Assembly: GCA_951406725.2 (NCBI GenBank)
Contig: OX597824.1
Span: 54,126,001-54,190,000 of the forward strand
DNA length: 64,000 nt
From: Octopus vulgaris
Lineage: Eukaryota
Reading direction: 5' to 3'
The translations under genes and the position numbers were made by a program. Positions 25,744-38,467 of the stretch are shown here, piece by piece. The first letter of the stretch is position 1. Each line of letters starts with the position of its first letter. The notes below the pieces were generated by a model that saw only the letters and a list, made by a program, of their open reading frames with translations, was not told the origin of the DNA and searched no databases.

Positions 25744-25794
25744 AGCTTCCTGATGATTTCTTTTGAATGAAACAGTTCTAGTCCTGTAGAAGCT
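25744..25794 (+). ncRNA. Compact type I hammerhead ribozyme
   Basis: AGCTTC-CTGATGA-tTTCttttGAAt-GAAA-CAG-ttctagtc-CTG-TA-GAAGCT; GUA triplet, predicted cleavage after 25788; first stem II pair is U-U. Confidence 0.8.
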
Positions 25795-25876
25795 CCTTCT
25801 ATATAATAAATTAATTTACTCTGCTATGTATTGAGTACCTTATTTACTGTGGTTAACCCCAACTCAACCCGGGACC

Positions 25877-25919
<43 letters not shown>

Positions 25920-25934
25920 ATATATATATATATG

Positions 25935-26034
<100 letters not shown>

Positions 26035-26188
26035 CATATGTATATATATATATATGTAAACAACGTAAACACGAAGTTTCTACCTTTATAAACAAGGAAT
26101 TGCATCTTTACTTGTGAGATTTTTGCTACCCTGGTAACTATTTATTTATTTTTTCCGTGTTAATTGTTAACAAGGTAAAAATACACTC

Positions 26189-26235
<47 letters not shown>

Positions 26236-26236
26236 C

Positions 26237-26284
<48 letters not shown>

Positions 26285-26286
<2 letters not shown>

Positions 26287-27560
26287 GAAGAGAACATTGA
26301 GTGCGCCATTTCTTGTCCGGCTGCAATCATCAGCTGAGTGCCATGCTTCGACAAGATTTCGGCCCATTAAACTCAGTATCTCTCCACATGGTGGGCCCAC
26401 AACAGCTGGATGTATTGCATTGCAACTGGATTCATGACAGTTCTGTAACCTTATACACATTCACAAACCTCCTGGTAACCCAAGCACTACCCTCAACTTC
26501 TTTCCTCTCACATTCCTTGATTGTCTTCCTCACACCTTCTGAGAGAAGCTACTGGGAAACGCAAGCAGCTCACAATTGTAACCCTTCTCCTGAATCTCAG
26601 CTACCAGCTCTTCATAGCCCAACAGCTTCCACTCATGGGCCTCAGCAATGCTCTACTCCCATGGCACAGTAAGCTCCCCAAGGACCATATGTCTCTGACT
26701 GTCATTTACCAACACCAGGTCGGGCTGGAGTGCTGACACTACGATGTTTTCAGGCAATGGCTTGTCCATGAACACCTCCATTTTCTGTCTGCCGAGGTTT
26801 CTGTCTCTTTAGCATCACACTTTGCTTCACAAATGCTGTCTTGCGCAAGCTCAGTTCAAGCTCTTGACCCTCTCCTGCAGCTGAAGCAACAATGTTTAGT
26901 ACTAAATTATGTCTGGAGTGCTTTTTGAGGCTGCCATACTTCCCACACAAATGGCACTGTAGACTCTCTTGGATTTCCTGGAGACAGATGCACATCATAT
27001 ACAGTCTGGATTAGAGCTTTCAAATGCCCTGCACTCAACCACCACCAATCAGACTACTTCAACTCCAGCTTTTTGACATCATCCCAATTCAGCCACTGAC
27101 CCTGCTGTGCTTGTTGTGCTGCATGACCCAGATGCCTCTCATCTTCCAACTGCCATACTTGTTGTTCACGTAGCTTCAGATGTTCTTGTTCACTTGACTC
27201 AGACCAGAACTGCTCTCTCTTGACAAGCCCCACATCAGCCCTGCCGTCTATAATCACTCCATGCACTTCAGCTTGCTGGGCCATCTCATCAAGCTGCTGC
27301 ATTACCTCAGTGACCTTCCACTTCCTACCAGTGTTCAAATCTGGTGGATTGTCCTGGATTAGTGTCCCTTGACTCAGACAGTATCGATTGCAGATGCACC
27401 TTGGAGATCTTGTATCCCTCCACTAGTGATGTCAGGGGCAACTGGAGCATACTCTGGTTGCCATAAAGGGCGACAGATCAAAGGCACTTCGAAAGGTCAG
27501 GCCATTTCCTTACCATCTTATTGATCTTAAGTTCAATTGTTTCAACTACCTCAAGTCTGT
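26285..27560 (-). mobile_element. Decayed RLE-type non-LTR retrotransposon (Hero-like), 3' part
   Basis: TGRKWKV...GRADVGL...QQGQWLNW; CHLC..RHNLVL; LQPDLVLV...ELTVPWE*SIAEAHEWK (~26600-26745); 3' end abuts (TA)n. Confidence 0.8.
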
Positions 27561-27625
27561 AATTATTGCTGTTGTTAATTGTAAATGGCCAATGCAATTT
27601 GTCTTTATGTGCAACAATAAATACT

Positions 27626-27699
27626 TCAGTTCTATATTTAAAGTTGAGGAATTATGTACATTATTTACATTTGAATAATAATAATAATAATAACGACAA

Positions 27700-27732
<33 letters not shown>

Positions 27733-27880
27733 CCTCCTCATCCTCATCATCATCATCATCGAAAATACCTCGGGAAAGAAAACCCAGGTTCGAAATTTCC
27801 CCAAGGCACCTAATGAAGGCTGGAGGGTAAATCAGCCGAAACAACAAACAAGATGAGGACAAATATAAATAATATAATAG
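27626..27880 (+). mobile_element. Short Penelope-derived fragment with degenerate hammerhead
   Basis: CTAATGA-aGGCTG...CAGCC-GAAAC at 27810-27842, stem III missing; (AAT)n/(CAT)n inside; left end weakly inverted to right end. Confidence 0.55.
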
Positions 27881-28874
27881 ATACTTTAGTTAAACGTTTG
27901 CTGGTGTTATTCAGTTATTTTTCACACAACCAAGAAACATATTTTCATTCATTAACTCAACCACCTACCATAGCAGTATTGATGAAACACTACATAATAC
28001 CATGACAAAGGTAAAGAGAAACCATATAGGTCTTGTTTTCTTTTTGTAAACTAAGTTATGTTTACAACTATACAGTGTTTTGGGGTTAATGTATACTACC
28101 ATACACTGTTTCCTGTGTGCCTGATTAAAGCTATAAATGAAATGTTGAAAGTGTGCCATATTTTGCCTCATTGAGTATTTATTGTTCTGCATTTAGGGGT
28201 ATTTTATCAATTTGGACCTTAACGTAACCCTTTTGGCTATATCATATGTGAGTTGAAAGTTTGGTAATGTTGGGTGGCTGAGCAGTCATTGACTTGCATT
28301 GATGATATTCGATCTCAGTCTTGATTGTGGGTTCATCCCTTGTAAAAAGCGTTTACAATTTACTATACTTTTCCAGGGCATGAAAAAACAAACCCTATAT
28401 ACAAACTGCCCAAATTTGTAGAGTAATTTCCCATGTTTTAAAAGAGGTAGGGATGAATGGGGACTGCAGTGTTTGGTGTGCAAGCCATGATGCATGTTTC
28501 TGTGAAAATAAAAGTAATCAATGATTTAAAGACACATGTAATCTTAGACAAAAAAAAAAGCAATTCATGGAGATGGCTCCTCAATAAAACCGAATATCTT
28601 TATCAACCCATATTGAAGACCTGAGTTGGAAACGTACAATATTCTCTTGAGTTTTAAAGTGTTTTATATTGTGATATTATCAAATACAGCTAAGTTATTG
28701 ATTTTTCATTCAGAGAAGATACAAAAACTGGCATGTATTGAGATGGTAGGTGAATAAAGATTAGGTAACGATATAAACTGAGATTGTCGGCGAATAAAGA
28801 CTAGATGAGGGGCTGAGACATCCAAAATACACAGCAGTGTTCGCAATACAGTTATCTCCCTTACTCCGCATTCA

Positions 28875-28885
28875 CCGCCATTATT
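28875..28885 (+). promoter_or_regulatory. YY1-like motif just upstream of the GPATCH11 start codon
   Basis: CCGCCATTATT resembles CCGCCATNTT; locally CpG-richer region. Confidence 0.3.
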
Positions 28886-28920
28886 TTTATTTCTGAAATT
28901 ATTTGTATTTTTATATAAAA

Positions 28921-28976
28921 ATGTCCACAGAAACTGAAGAAGATGATTATATGTCTGATAAATTTGTTGATAACTG
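28921..28976 (+). CDS. GPATCH11: G patch domain-containing protein 11, coding exon 1
   Basis: MSTETEEDDYMSDKFVDN matches the EEDYMSD N-terminus of the family; donor GTACGT at 28977; phase 2 matches exon 2. Confidence 0.88.
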
Positions 28977-30319
28977 GTACGTGTTTGATAATGATACTTT
29001 TACTTCTTTAAAATAACGATGTGTCTGTTTACAGATACAATTTCAAACCCAGTGCATTCTTTGTTCTCCGTTTTATTTATTAAATCAAGTTACGAAGTGA
29101 CTCAAGTGTGTAGAGTTCCGTGCATGGTACTTACAAACTATGCGCAAACCTCTTCTCTATATATGGAAAAACGAACATTTTCAGTTGCGTGTATAAAAGT
29201 AGAATTAACTATGTTAAAATTCCTCCACGTTGTACTGAAGTACTTTTAATATCTTTGTTCTATCCATTTTTATATTTGTCAGTTAGTTTGACTTCTGTCG
29301 CTAAAACCAATTGACATATCACTGCTCCATCCATTAATTGAAGCTGACGGTTATGTAAAATTATGCAACTGACTTTATTAGTATCACCAGAGGGGCGGTC
29401 TTTCGATCATTATCTAACGTGGGTAACAAAGTGAAACTAAATGCAATTGTAAGATCGCTTTAGCGTGAAGTAAAATATTGAATTGACGTAGACCAAGTAT
29501 AATGGTAGAGTGCGTCTTTGTTAATATAGTACTTACTTTAGTATGCAATTTAGTACTTAGGCTTGTATTTATTTTATCAGCCCTAGAATGTAAAGTCGAT
29601 TGCAACAAGGTATGAATTCAAAATGAATTACATGAGTATAGAAAAATCTCTCGGGTTTTCTACTGCTCACGAAAATCTATATACACAAATATTAGGTAGT
29701 TGTTATATTGGGTTCTGTTCCACAAGTGTCGAAAGATTTAACAAGAAAAGTATTTATAAGAAGAAATATATATTTATTCAATTGAAAGTGCTCTTTATGT
29801 ATTGAGCGTAAAGGGTATCATTTTTTTGTAATTAACGTTACAGGAATACAACACATGATTTTGAAAGATTGTTTACACTTTTTGCGGGTGTTTTCATATT
29901 GGTGGAAACGTCAATTAACGGGTATATGAAGTTCTAAGTATTACTAACAAATTTATCATTTGAATTAAATTCATCGTTGATATATTCTAAAAATAATTCA
30001 CTATATAACGTAATAACACCATTTTCTAATTTCGTTTGTTTTCAGTCTTTTTTAATTATCTTTTATTATCTCGCTTCCTGATTTTTGGGCCCTCATATTA
30101 CAATAGTATCTATATATTAATGTGTTCGGTACATTTTCTTAGTTGTCGATCGGAGATCACGGCAGAAGAGCTTCTACTTAGTCGTCTGAATTGATAGAAT
30201 AATAGCCAAATATCTCCCAATTGCTACCTGACAGTCTTGAATAGGGAGAACAGATTGCTGTATTTGGTTAATGTTGACATCATTACCTGGAAACGAAATC
30301 GAAAAAAAAAAAAAGGTGT

Positions 30320-30495
30320 AGGAAACGAATATGAAAACAAAAATTCCCGGAAAGCAAGGTGGTGTGTGGGGAGAGGTCTTCGGAAAATTCATAAGATCCG
30401 AGTTTTGCCCTTGTAACTGAGGAAAATATAATCCTTTTGAAATCACAAATTAGGCTACTCCTCAGGGAACCCTTTGAGGGTTCGGGTCCTTCTAC

Positions 30496-30533
<38 letters not shown>

Positions 30534-31726
30534 CATACATACGTCACTCGATCCATTTAACCCATGACATTGTTATGCCATTCGAAGTTTAGCTACACAA
30601 AGTATATTACATGAAAACTGTCTCTCCACACAAAATTGAAACGTACTAGTTTACCCGATTAAAATTTCGGCACGAAAATTTGCTAAAGAAAAGTGTAAAC
30701 ATTAGATACCATTTGAAAACTAATGATTTTAAAGAGATATGTAAAAGTTATTTTGTTTTAATATAATACTTTGTTTCACACAAACACTAACGTGGTTTTT
30801 ATAAGGATTTTGTATCACTCTTTCTCTAACGTGGTTTTTATAAGGATTTTGTATCATCTTCCTCTCTCCTGTCCAGACTTCGTTACCACTAATTTTTATA
30901 AAGGGGTACTTGTTAAAATTTTAAAGGAAGAAACAACCCCCATTTTCCGGACAATAAAGTGTTTTGTGACATATTTGTAATTCATTCATCAAAAAAAAAA
31001 AAAAAAACATTTTCCAATAATTCCTGTCCCTTCCCACTTTTTCCGAAGAAAAATAAAGGGTTTGCGGCACATTAGGCATCCGTAATGCATGCTGTTTAAA
31101 AGGTATCTATATACAATTTCATTAAAAGATATTCATTTTCCTTAACCCTTTAGTGTTCGGATTACTTTGTCAAATGTAATACTTATTTATTCTCATTGTT
31201 TTGAATTAATTGTGCCTTGTCTCATAGCTTCAAGATTTTGATGATGTGATTATTTATTTTTAGAATGACATTGTAGGGTAGGTATGAGAGGCTGAATATT
31301 CATAAGTTTGAACATAAAAGAAGGATAATATTCTGGCCAGATGTGGCCGGTTTAAACACTAAAGGGTTAAAGTTACCAGGGAAAAACTCGGATCTTGTGA
31401 AACTTGTGAATTTTCCGAAGCACCCCCCCTCCTCGTTGCTTTCCACGCATTTGATTTCAGATAGGTTTCCTACGTGGGTATGAAGTAGGAAGATATCCAT
31501 TTTCCTCAAAGTTGCGAGGGAAAAACATCAGATCTTGTGAATTTTTCGAAGTCCTCTCTCCACCTTCTTAGAAAAGATTTTCCCCACAAATTTCTTTATA
31601 ATCGTTAAAAAAGCTCATTTTCCTAAAAGTTATAAGGGAAAAGCATTGGATCATGTGAATTTTCCAAAGGCCTCTCCCCACACCCCCTGTTGCTTTCCAG
31701 GCATTTTTGTTTTCATATTCCTTTCC
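30320..31726. repeat. Foldback-like element: ~110-bp unit inverted at the left and present as ~3 tandem copies at the right
   Basis: 30320-30428 is a diverged reverse complement of 31616-31726; further copies at ~31372-31615. Confidence 0.7.
31146..31366. mobile_element. piggyBac-type MITE
   Basis: TTAA-CCCTTTAGTGTT...AACACTAAAGGG-TTAA. Confidence 0.85.
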
Positions 31727-33029
31727 TAAAAAAAAAAATCTTCAGTTTTTATCAACACTAAACTTCAAGTGCTCTGCATTACCTTGTTGCAAGTTAGAGA
31801 ACTTTCACCCATGATTGCAGCTGTGTTGGGAAGGGGCAACCATACCGATGTGGTCCTTCCACATTGAGTCAACTAAAAGCGCCGGAATCTGTTAATTCAG
31901 ACGAGGCCTCCATGTGACGACCAGCCACTTTGGATCAAGGCTTCGATGTGACGAACTGGCTAAGTTGTAAAAGCAGGGCTCACAATGTTGATTGGTCATC
32001 ATGGAGTATTGAAAAAAATCCCACCCCGGGGTATAGTGACGGTTGGAGCTACCCCCGTGTTATGATCTGACCACCTTGGCGTTTGAGGCTACTCTGGCTG
32101 CCGTTGATCTGCTTCAGGGTCGCTGACTCCTCGGCGGGAAGCTGGTCGGATCCGGTACCACTGCGATGCCCAATGACCCTGGTGGCATCATCCACCCTAA
32201 TACACCAGGCATTAAAGTGTAGTTATGATCCACTTACTCTGCTGACCTTGACTCGTTAACTGGGTGTAATGCCCGACCATCAAAATGTGCATTCAGAATA
32301 CATTGGTGTGCCTCTTATTTCCCCTTGGCGAGCAGTTGACTAGATCCTGGTGGCACCATCCACCTTAATACACCAGATGTTTAGGTGCAGTTATGATCCA
32401 ACTAGACTGTTGGTGAGTGATTACTGGGCTGATGGATGTACCCCCTAAGCATGTGGCTTAGTCCACAAAAGCTTGGTGTCAGGAGGGAAATGGCCTACAT
32501 TCAGAGGATAGGCTTGAAGAGAGAGCACCACTGCGACACTCAGTGCACTCAGAGGGTAGTCACTTACCTAATTCGACTATAGAAGCTGTTTGTTGGCTTG
32601 AAGCATGTCTGTCTGGCTGGTGAGGTGTCAGAGGGCCTTTTGCCCATGTCAGAATTGGGTTGTCAGTTGGGTTTCAGATGTTGTTTCCTGTGTGATTGGC
32701 TTAGCCCTCTGGATGTGTGGCACTGTCCATCTTAAAAACCGGTACTGGCTTTGACAATTCAGATGAGCTTGGATGAATATGACAACTGTTTGGGACATGT
32801 GTCTCATCTCTGCTCTTGTGCATTTCTATTGATAAGTTGTGATAGAACCGCCTACATTAAACCAAGGGAAAGATTTTGAACCCCGTTTGTGAATAGCTGA
32901 CTCCAGTGTATCGCTTGTGCATGTGTACACGTTAGATATATGACAATTTACTGTAGTTCAACGAGAACTTACAATGAGACAGGTTGTATTTTGTGTGTTT
33001 GGGATCACTCTGAAAATAGAGAATTAAAA

Positions 33030-33342
33030 CAAACATTATTGACACTACATTCACTTCACCTTGCACCATCAGATTTCCACCTATTTTGGTCTCTTCAGAA
33101 TTCATTGAATAGACATACCTTCAACTCTGAAGAGGATGTAAAATTTCATCTGGAAGAGTTTTTTTTACCTGTAAAGACAGGAAATTCTTTGAGCAGGGAA
33201 TAAAAGATCTGCCCACAAGGTTGCAGAAAATATCAAAACAAACCAGTAATTATGTCTCTGATCGAATAAATCTCTTTGTGTTTTAAAACTTGTACCTTGT
33301 TTTTGCTTAAAAGACCAAATGAAATTTTTGACCTACTCATTA
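33030..33342 (+). mobile_element. Mariner transposase 3' relic
   Basis: HLAPSDFHLFWSLQNSL (YSPDLAPSDY/F motif). Confidence 0.75.
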
Positions 33343-33759
33343 GTTTCTGATTAAAAAAGTTGCTTGATTGGGGCTAAACAACAACAATCTTCTGTTCTCT
33401 GTTACAGCTGTCTATCTATGTTGGACTGGAAGATATTCTTCCTAACTGAAACTTGTATCTTACTGAGAGTTTCCTACAAGATTAAGACATTGGACAATAG
33501 AGTGCTGGCTTGATAATTTAAAATAGCCAGTGTAACATTGTTATTATTGAATAATTTGCTTACATTACTAATCAATGTGAGTAAAACATGGCTATTAACT
33601 AACTACCTAAGTGTATCAAATGTTAACAGAAGAGAATGATTATCATTAAATACACAAAATCTGGCTTCTTCTTGACTTTGATCTTGATCTGGTTGTTCAG
33701 ACATGATTTTCCTAAGAAAACAACCTTCTGTGCTGGTTGACAATCGCCTATATCATTGT

Positions 33760-34330
33760 GTGTATAGCATAGTGATTATAGAAGCAATAGCCTTTGAGTG
33801 TCAAGTAGCATTAGAGACTGTAATGAACTAGAACTACTGCTGTGATATATGCACAGAGCGTGTTACACAAAATCTACTTCAAACTGGTGAGTCAGTGTCA
33901 CTGTTAAAACTGATGAAAGCACATTTGTCACTCAGGCACAATGTAGACTATTTTGTGAAAATTCAATAGGTTTTTGGATGTTTTGAAGTTAGATCTAGGT
34001 GTCTTCTGGTTGCACTAAATGATGAAATAACTGCAATGCTGCCAGATATTCTGCAACATTATATTTTCCAAGTAACAACAGTTTTAAACCATCTCTAGGT
34101 GTCATACAACACCATCAATTACGTTGGTTTTTCAGTACCTGAAGGTTAATAACAGCCTGCATTTCATTGATCCAGTTATGCTTGCAACTACAGACCATGT
34201 TGAAGCACTGTGGTATTGTGCAAAAATGAAGAAATAGATGTGACATTGCACACAATTAGATTCTTATTTAATTGAGTTTGTGTGACTTTATGCCTTTCTT
34301 AATGATAGATTTGAAAATTAATTAATGATA
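33760..34330 (+). mobile_element. Merlin/IS1595(ISXO2)-like transposase relic
   Basis: Manual translation gives VKTDESTF...Q*VFG...ILQHYI..TTV...SLHFIDPV..ATTDHVEALW..AK. Confidence 0.6.
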
Positions 34331-34351
34331 TTAGGTTCATTTATCACTTTT

Positions 34352-35988
34352 CATCATCATCATCATCATCATCATTTAACGTCCGCTTTCCATGCTAGCA
34401 TGGGTTGGACGGTTCAACTGGGGTCTGGGGAGCCCGAAGGCTGCACCAGGCCAGTCAGATCTGGCAGTGTTTCTACAGCTGGATGCCCTTCCTAACGCCA
34501 ACCACTCCGAGAGTGTAATGGGTGATTTTATGTGCCACCGACACAGGTGCCAGATGAGGCTGGCGAACGGCCACGCTCGGATGGTGTTTTTTATGTGCCA
34601 CCGACACAGGTGCCAGACGAGGCTGGCAGACGGCCACGCTCAGATGGTGTTTTTATGTGCCACCGACACAGGTGCCAGATGAGGCTGGCAAACGGCCACG
34701 ATCGGATGGTGTTTGTTACGTGCCCACAGCACGGAGGCCAGTCGATGCAGTACTGGCTACGGCCATGTTCGGATGGATTTCTTGTGTGCCACCGGCACTG
34801 GTACCACAAAGATACAAATTCCATTGATGTTCATCTATTTTGATTTGTTTTGATTTTCACTTGCCTCAACAGGTCTTCACAAGTGTCACAAGAAGGAAGG
34901 TATGCACAGGTGGACTGACTACGTCCCAGGTAGGGGCCACGGGTTATGGCCTGACTAGTCTTGCCGGGTCTTCGGATGGTGATTTTATGTGCCACCGACA
35001 TAGGTGCCAGATGAGGCTGGCGAACGGCCACGATCGGATGGTGTTTGTTACGTGCCCACAGCACGGAGGCCAGTCGATGCGGTACTGGCTACGGCCACGT
35101 TCGGATGGTTTTCTTGTGTGCCTCCGGCACTGGTACCACAAAGATACAAATTCCATTAATGTTCATCTATTTTGATTTGTTTTGATTTGATTTGATTTGA
35201 TTTGATTTGATTTTCACTTGCCTCAACAGGTCTTCACAAGTGTCACAAGAAGGAAGGTATGCACAGGTGGACTGACTAAGTCCCAGGTAGGGGCCACAGG
35301 TTATGGCCTGACTAGTCTTGCCGGGTCTTCGGATGGTGTTTTTATGTGCCACCGACACAGGTGCCAGATGAGGCTGGCGAACAGCCACGATCGGATGGTG
35401 TTTGTTACGTGCCCACAGCACGGAGGCCAGTCGGTGCGGTACTGGCTACGGCCATGTTCGGATAGTTTTCTTGTGTGCCACCGGCACGTGCCCACAGCAC
35501 GGAGGCCAGTCGGTGCGGTACTGGCTACGGCCACGTTCGGATGGTTTTCTTGTGTGCCACCGGCACTGGTACCACAAAGATACAAATTCCATTGATGTTC
35601 ATCTATTTTGATTTGTTTTGATTTGATTTTGATTTTCACTTGCCTCAACAGGCCTTCACAAGTATCACAAGAAGGAAGGTATGCACAGGTGGACTGACTA
35701 CGTCCCAGGTAGGGGCCACGGGTTATGGCCTGACTAGTCTTGCCGGGTCTTCGGATGGTGTTTTTATGTGCCACCGACACAGGTGCCAGATGAGGCTGGC
35801 GAACGGCCACGATCGGATGGTGTTTGTTATGTGCCCACAGTACGATGGCCAGTCGATGCGGTACTGGCTACGGCCACGTTCGGATGGATTTCTTGTGTGC
35901 CACCGGGACTGGTACCACAAAGATACAAATTCCATTGATGTTCATCTATTTTGATTTGTTTTGATTTGATTTGATTTGATTTGATTTT
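34352..35988 (-). repeat. RTE 3' end with a head-to-tail array of ~330-420-bp 3' UTR units (3 complete + 1 partial)
   Basis: (CAT)n tail at 34352; junction gccgggtctt|cggatggt at 34973, 35330 and 35752. Confidence 0.9.
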
Positions 35989-36499
35989 TTGTTTTTAAAA
36001 ATTCATTTAACATTCACTTTTCTCTCAGATTAGTCTGCATCTCATACACAAGATCAGGTTTTAAATGGTATGTAGTGCATCAGGTGTTACAGTATACACT
36101 AGATCAAGCTTTAGGTTACTGGCATGTGATGCAAACATATGTCTTATAAAACTGCTTTCCAATAATTTTTAATGTTACAATGCATATCAATCACAATAAT
36201 ACTAGTCAGGTTGAAAATTAAGTGACACTACTTGACTATAGATGTAAACAAATTATTCTCTTCCAAAATTTTCAGACCCAATCAGTCATCTTGTTTCAAA
36301 ATTCATTGATTATTTACTTCAGTGTATCTCAATTCAAGTTTTCCATATAATAATGGTCGACATATTGCTTCAGAAATTATCACCAAAGAAAAAAGAGGGC
36401 AAAGTAAATGAAATCAGGGCATTTCCATACTTGCAAGGGTGAGATGGATTGCCACAATCTGCATCAGTTCTTACATAGAGTTACTGCTGTTCTAGGTAG

Positions 36500-37330
36500 G
36501 TTGGTGGTTACATCTTACTCATATATTTCACTTTTGGTTTGGTTTCTTTGGCTGGATGCCCTTCTTATAACCAACCATACTGATTGGAGGGATGGTTTTT
36601 ATGTCAAGGACAAGCAGAGTGTCTTGCTGTAGAGAAGATACATTTATATAAGAGTGGCTAGAAGTATCTGGGTAAAGGTAAGATGAGAGCAAAACCCTTA
36701 AGAAGCAAGAGATAATATGGGAAGTAGAATAGGAGCAGAGAGGCAGTTATAAAACTGTAAGGGAAGAGTACCAAATTGTTAGAGATGGGGGTAGAAGTGA
36801 ATGTAGTGAGTGACGCACAGGAGTAGTGGGTGAGACGAGAGAGATTGTAGTAGCTCAAAGATGATAGTTCAGGGAGAAGGAGATGATGAGCAAGGCATAG
36901 GAGTGGTGGGGATGGAGATGTAGAGGTATATAAAGAGTAGCTATAGGGGGTAGGTGTGGTAGCAGACATGAGAGAGCACTGAGAATGATGACGGATATGT
37001 GATGAAATATGAGGTGTTAAGATCAAACATAGCAGAGAAGGGTGCAGGGGGAATAGCTAGAGGCACATGGAAAGAGATAATAAGGAAAATGAGGGATAGA
37101 AGGAAGGAAGGAAGGCTGTTGCTGGTAGCAAAAAAAGAGTTAGAGGATGTAATATGTGTCAAAGAGGGATGGTTGTTAAAAGGTGGCAGGTAAGGTGATG
37201 TGAGGAATACTTGACTGGGTGGCATGGGTGCAGGGACAGTGCCCAGGGAAAAGGAGATGGTAGGAAGTGTATACATCAATGTTATATATAACGAGATATA
37301 AAATGATGATGATAAAGAGATCACTGTGTA
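36500..37330 (-). mobile_element. Old RTE-related non-coding relic (3' motif plus purine-rich tract)
   Basis: ggctggatgcccttc..accaacca motif; purine-rich + strand like 60730-61360. Confidence 0.4.
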
Positions 37331-37519
37331 TATGGAGTCATATCCATATATTCATAGTGTGAAAGTAAGCCAAGTGTTTAAACAGCTTGCAGTGTGGATC
37401 AAGTCAAAAGTTTCATTTTCTTACTGACTTATCAGGGATTGCTTATCTCTGCATTCCAAGTTGCTGATGTCATCATCCATCATCATCATCATATGTCTAT
37501 TTTCCATGCTGGCATCGAT

Positions 37520-37962
37520 TAAATCTTTTATCTTTTACTTGTTTCAGTCATTAGACTGGCCATGCTGGGGTACTATCTTGAAGAGATATTTTTAGTTGAA
37601 CGAATTGACTTTTAAAGCCTGTTATTTATTTTATCAGTCTCTTTTGAACTGCCAGGTTATGGGATGTAAACAAATCAACACCAGTTTCAAGTGGTGGTAA
37701 GGGGACAAATAGAAATGCAAAGATACACATACATACATACACACACACATACACACATACATACATGCATGCATGCATACATCCATCCATACATACATAC
37801 ATACTTACATACATACATACATATGATGGGCTGATCCACTCACAAGGCTTTGGTTGACCCAAGACTATAGTAGAAGTCACTTGCCCAAGGTGTCACAAAG
37901 TGGGACTGAAACTAGAACCATGTGGTTTGGAAGCAAGCATCTTAATACACAGCCACACCTGC
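37520..37962 (-). mobile_element. tRNA-type SINE (family B) with internal (CATA)n
   Basis: A/B-box-like head on the minus strand followed by ccttgggcaagtg; matches 50900-51322. Confidence 0.75.
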
Positions 37963-37989
37963 ACTTTTTTATGTATATACTGTAATAGT

Positions 37990-38240
37990 CATTCTGTCAG
38001 TTACACATGTGAATGTGGCTGAGCACTCCACAAACATGCATATTCTTAATGTAGTTATCAAAAACATTCAGTGTGATATAGAATGTGATAAGGCTGGGCC
38101 TTTGAATTACAGGTGCAACTCATTTTTTAGTGAACTGTGCAATGTGAAACAAAGTGTCTTGCTCAAGGACTCAATGTGTCACCAGGAATCAAATACATAA
38201 CATTATGATCATGAGTTGAATACCCTAACAATTTAGCCAC
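37990..38240 (-). mobile_element. Decayed SINE-like element
   Basis: aagtgtcttgctcaaggac core and tRNA-like head remnants. Confidence 0.5.
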
Positions 38241-38467
38241 CAACAAGATCCAAAAAGTTGGAGGACTATGTATTATTTTGGCATGGTTTCTATGGTTGAA
38301 TACCCTTCCTAACACCAACCACTTTACTGAATATACTGTGTGAATTTTTTCATGGCATTAGCACTATAGATGTTCTCTTATCCTCAGTAAGACAAAAAAG
38401 TTTTCTCAAGCTCTGCATGGTTATTACTCAATTCAATTTACCACCCACATGCACTATATGTATATTA

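Larger units (their letters stand above)
19015..25880 (-). mobile_element. Second Penelope-like element with long inverted terminal arms, interrupted by an RTE and a Helitron-like insertion
   Basis: 19015-19375 plus 21507-21863 is the reverse complement of 25117-25810; ORF remnant 23779-25116; hammerhead in both arms; (TA)n flanks. Confidence 0.88.

Noticed and set aside
28610-28642. TTGAAGA-CC..GG-AAAC hammerhead-like string
   Set aside because: Core lacks the initial C, stem II is only 1-2 bp and there is no stem III or cleavage triplet
34392-35954. Repetitive Cys/His/Arg-rich ORFs (also 19427-20106, 56980-57639)
   Set aside because: Incidental frames of RTE 3' UTR subrepeats
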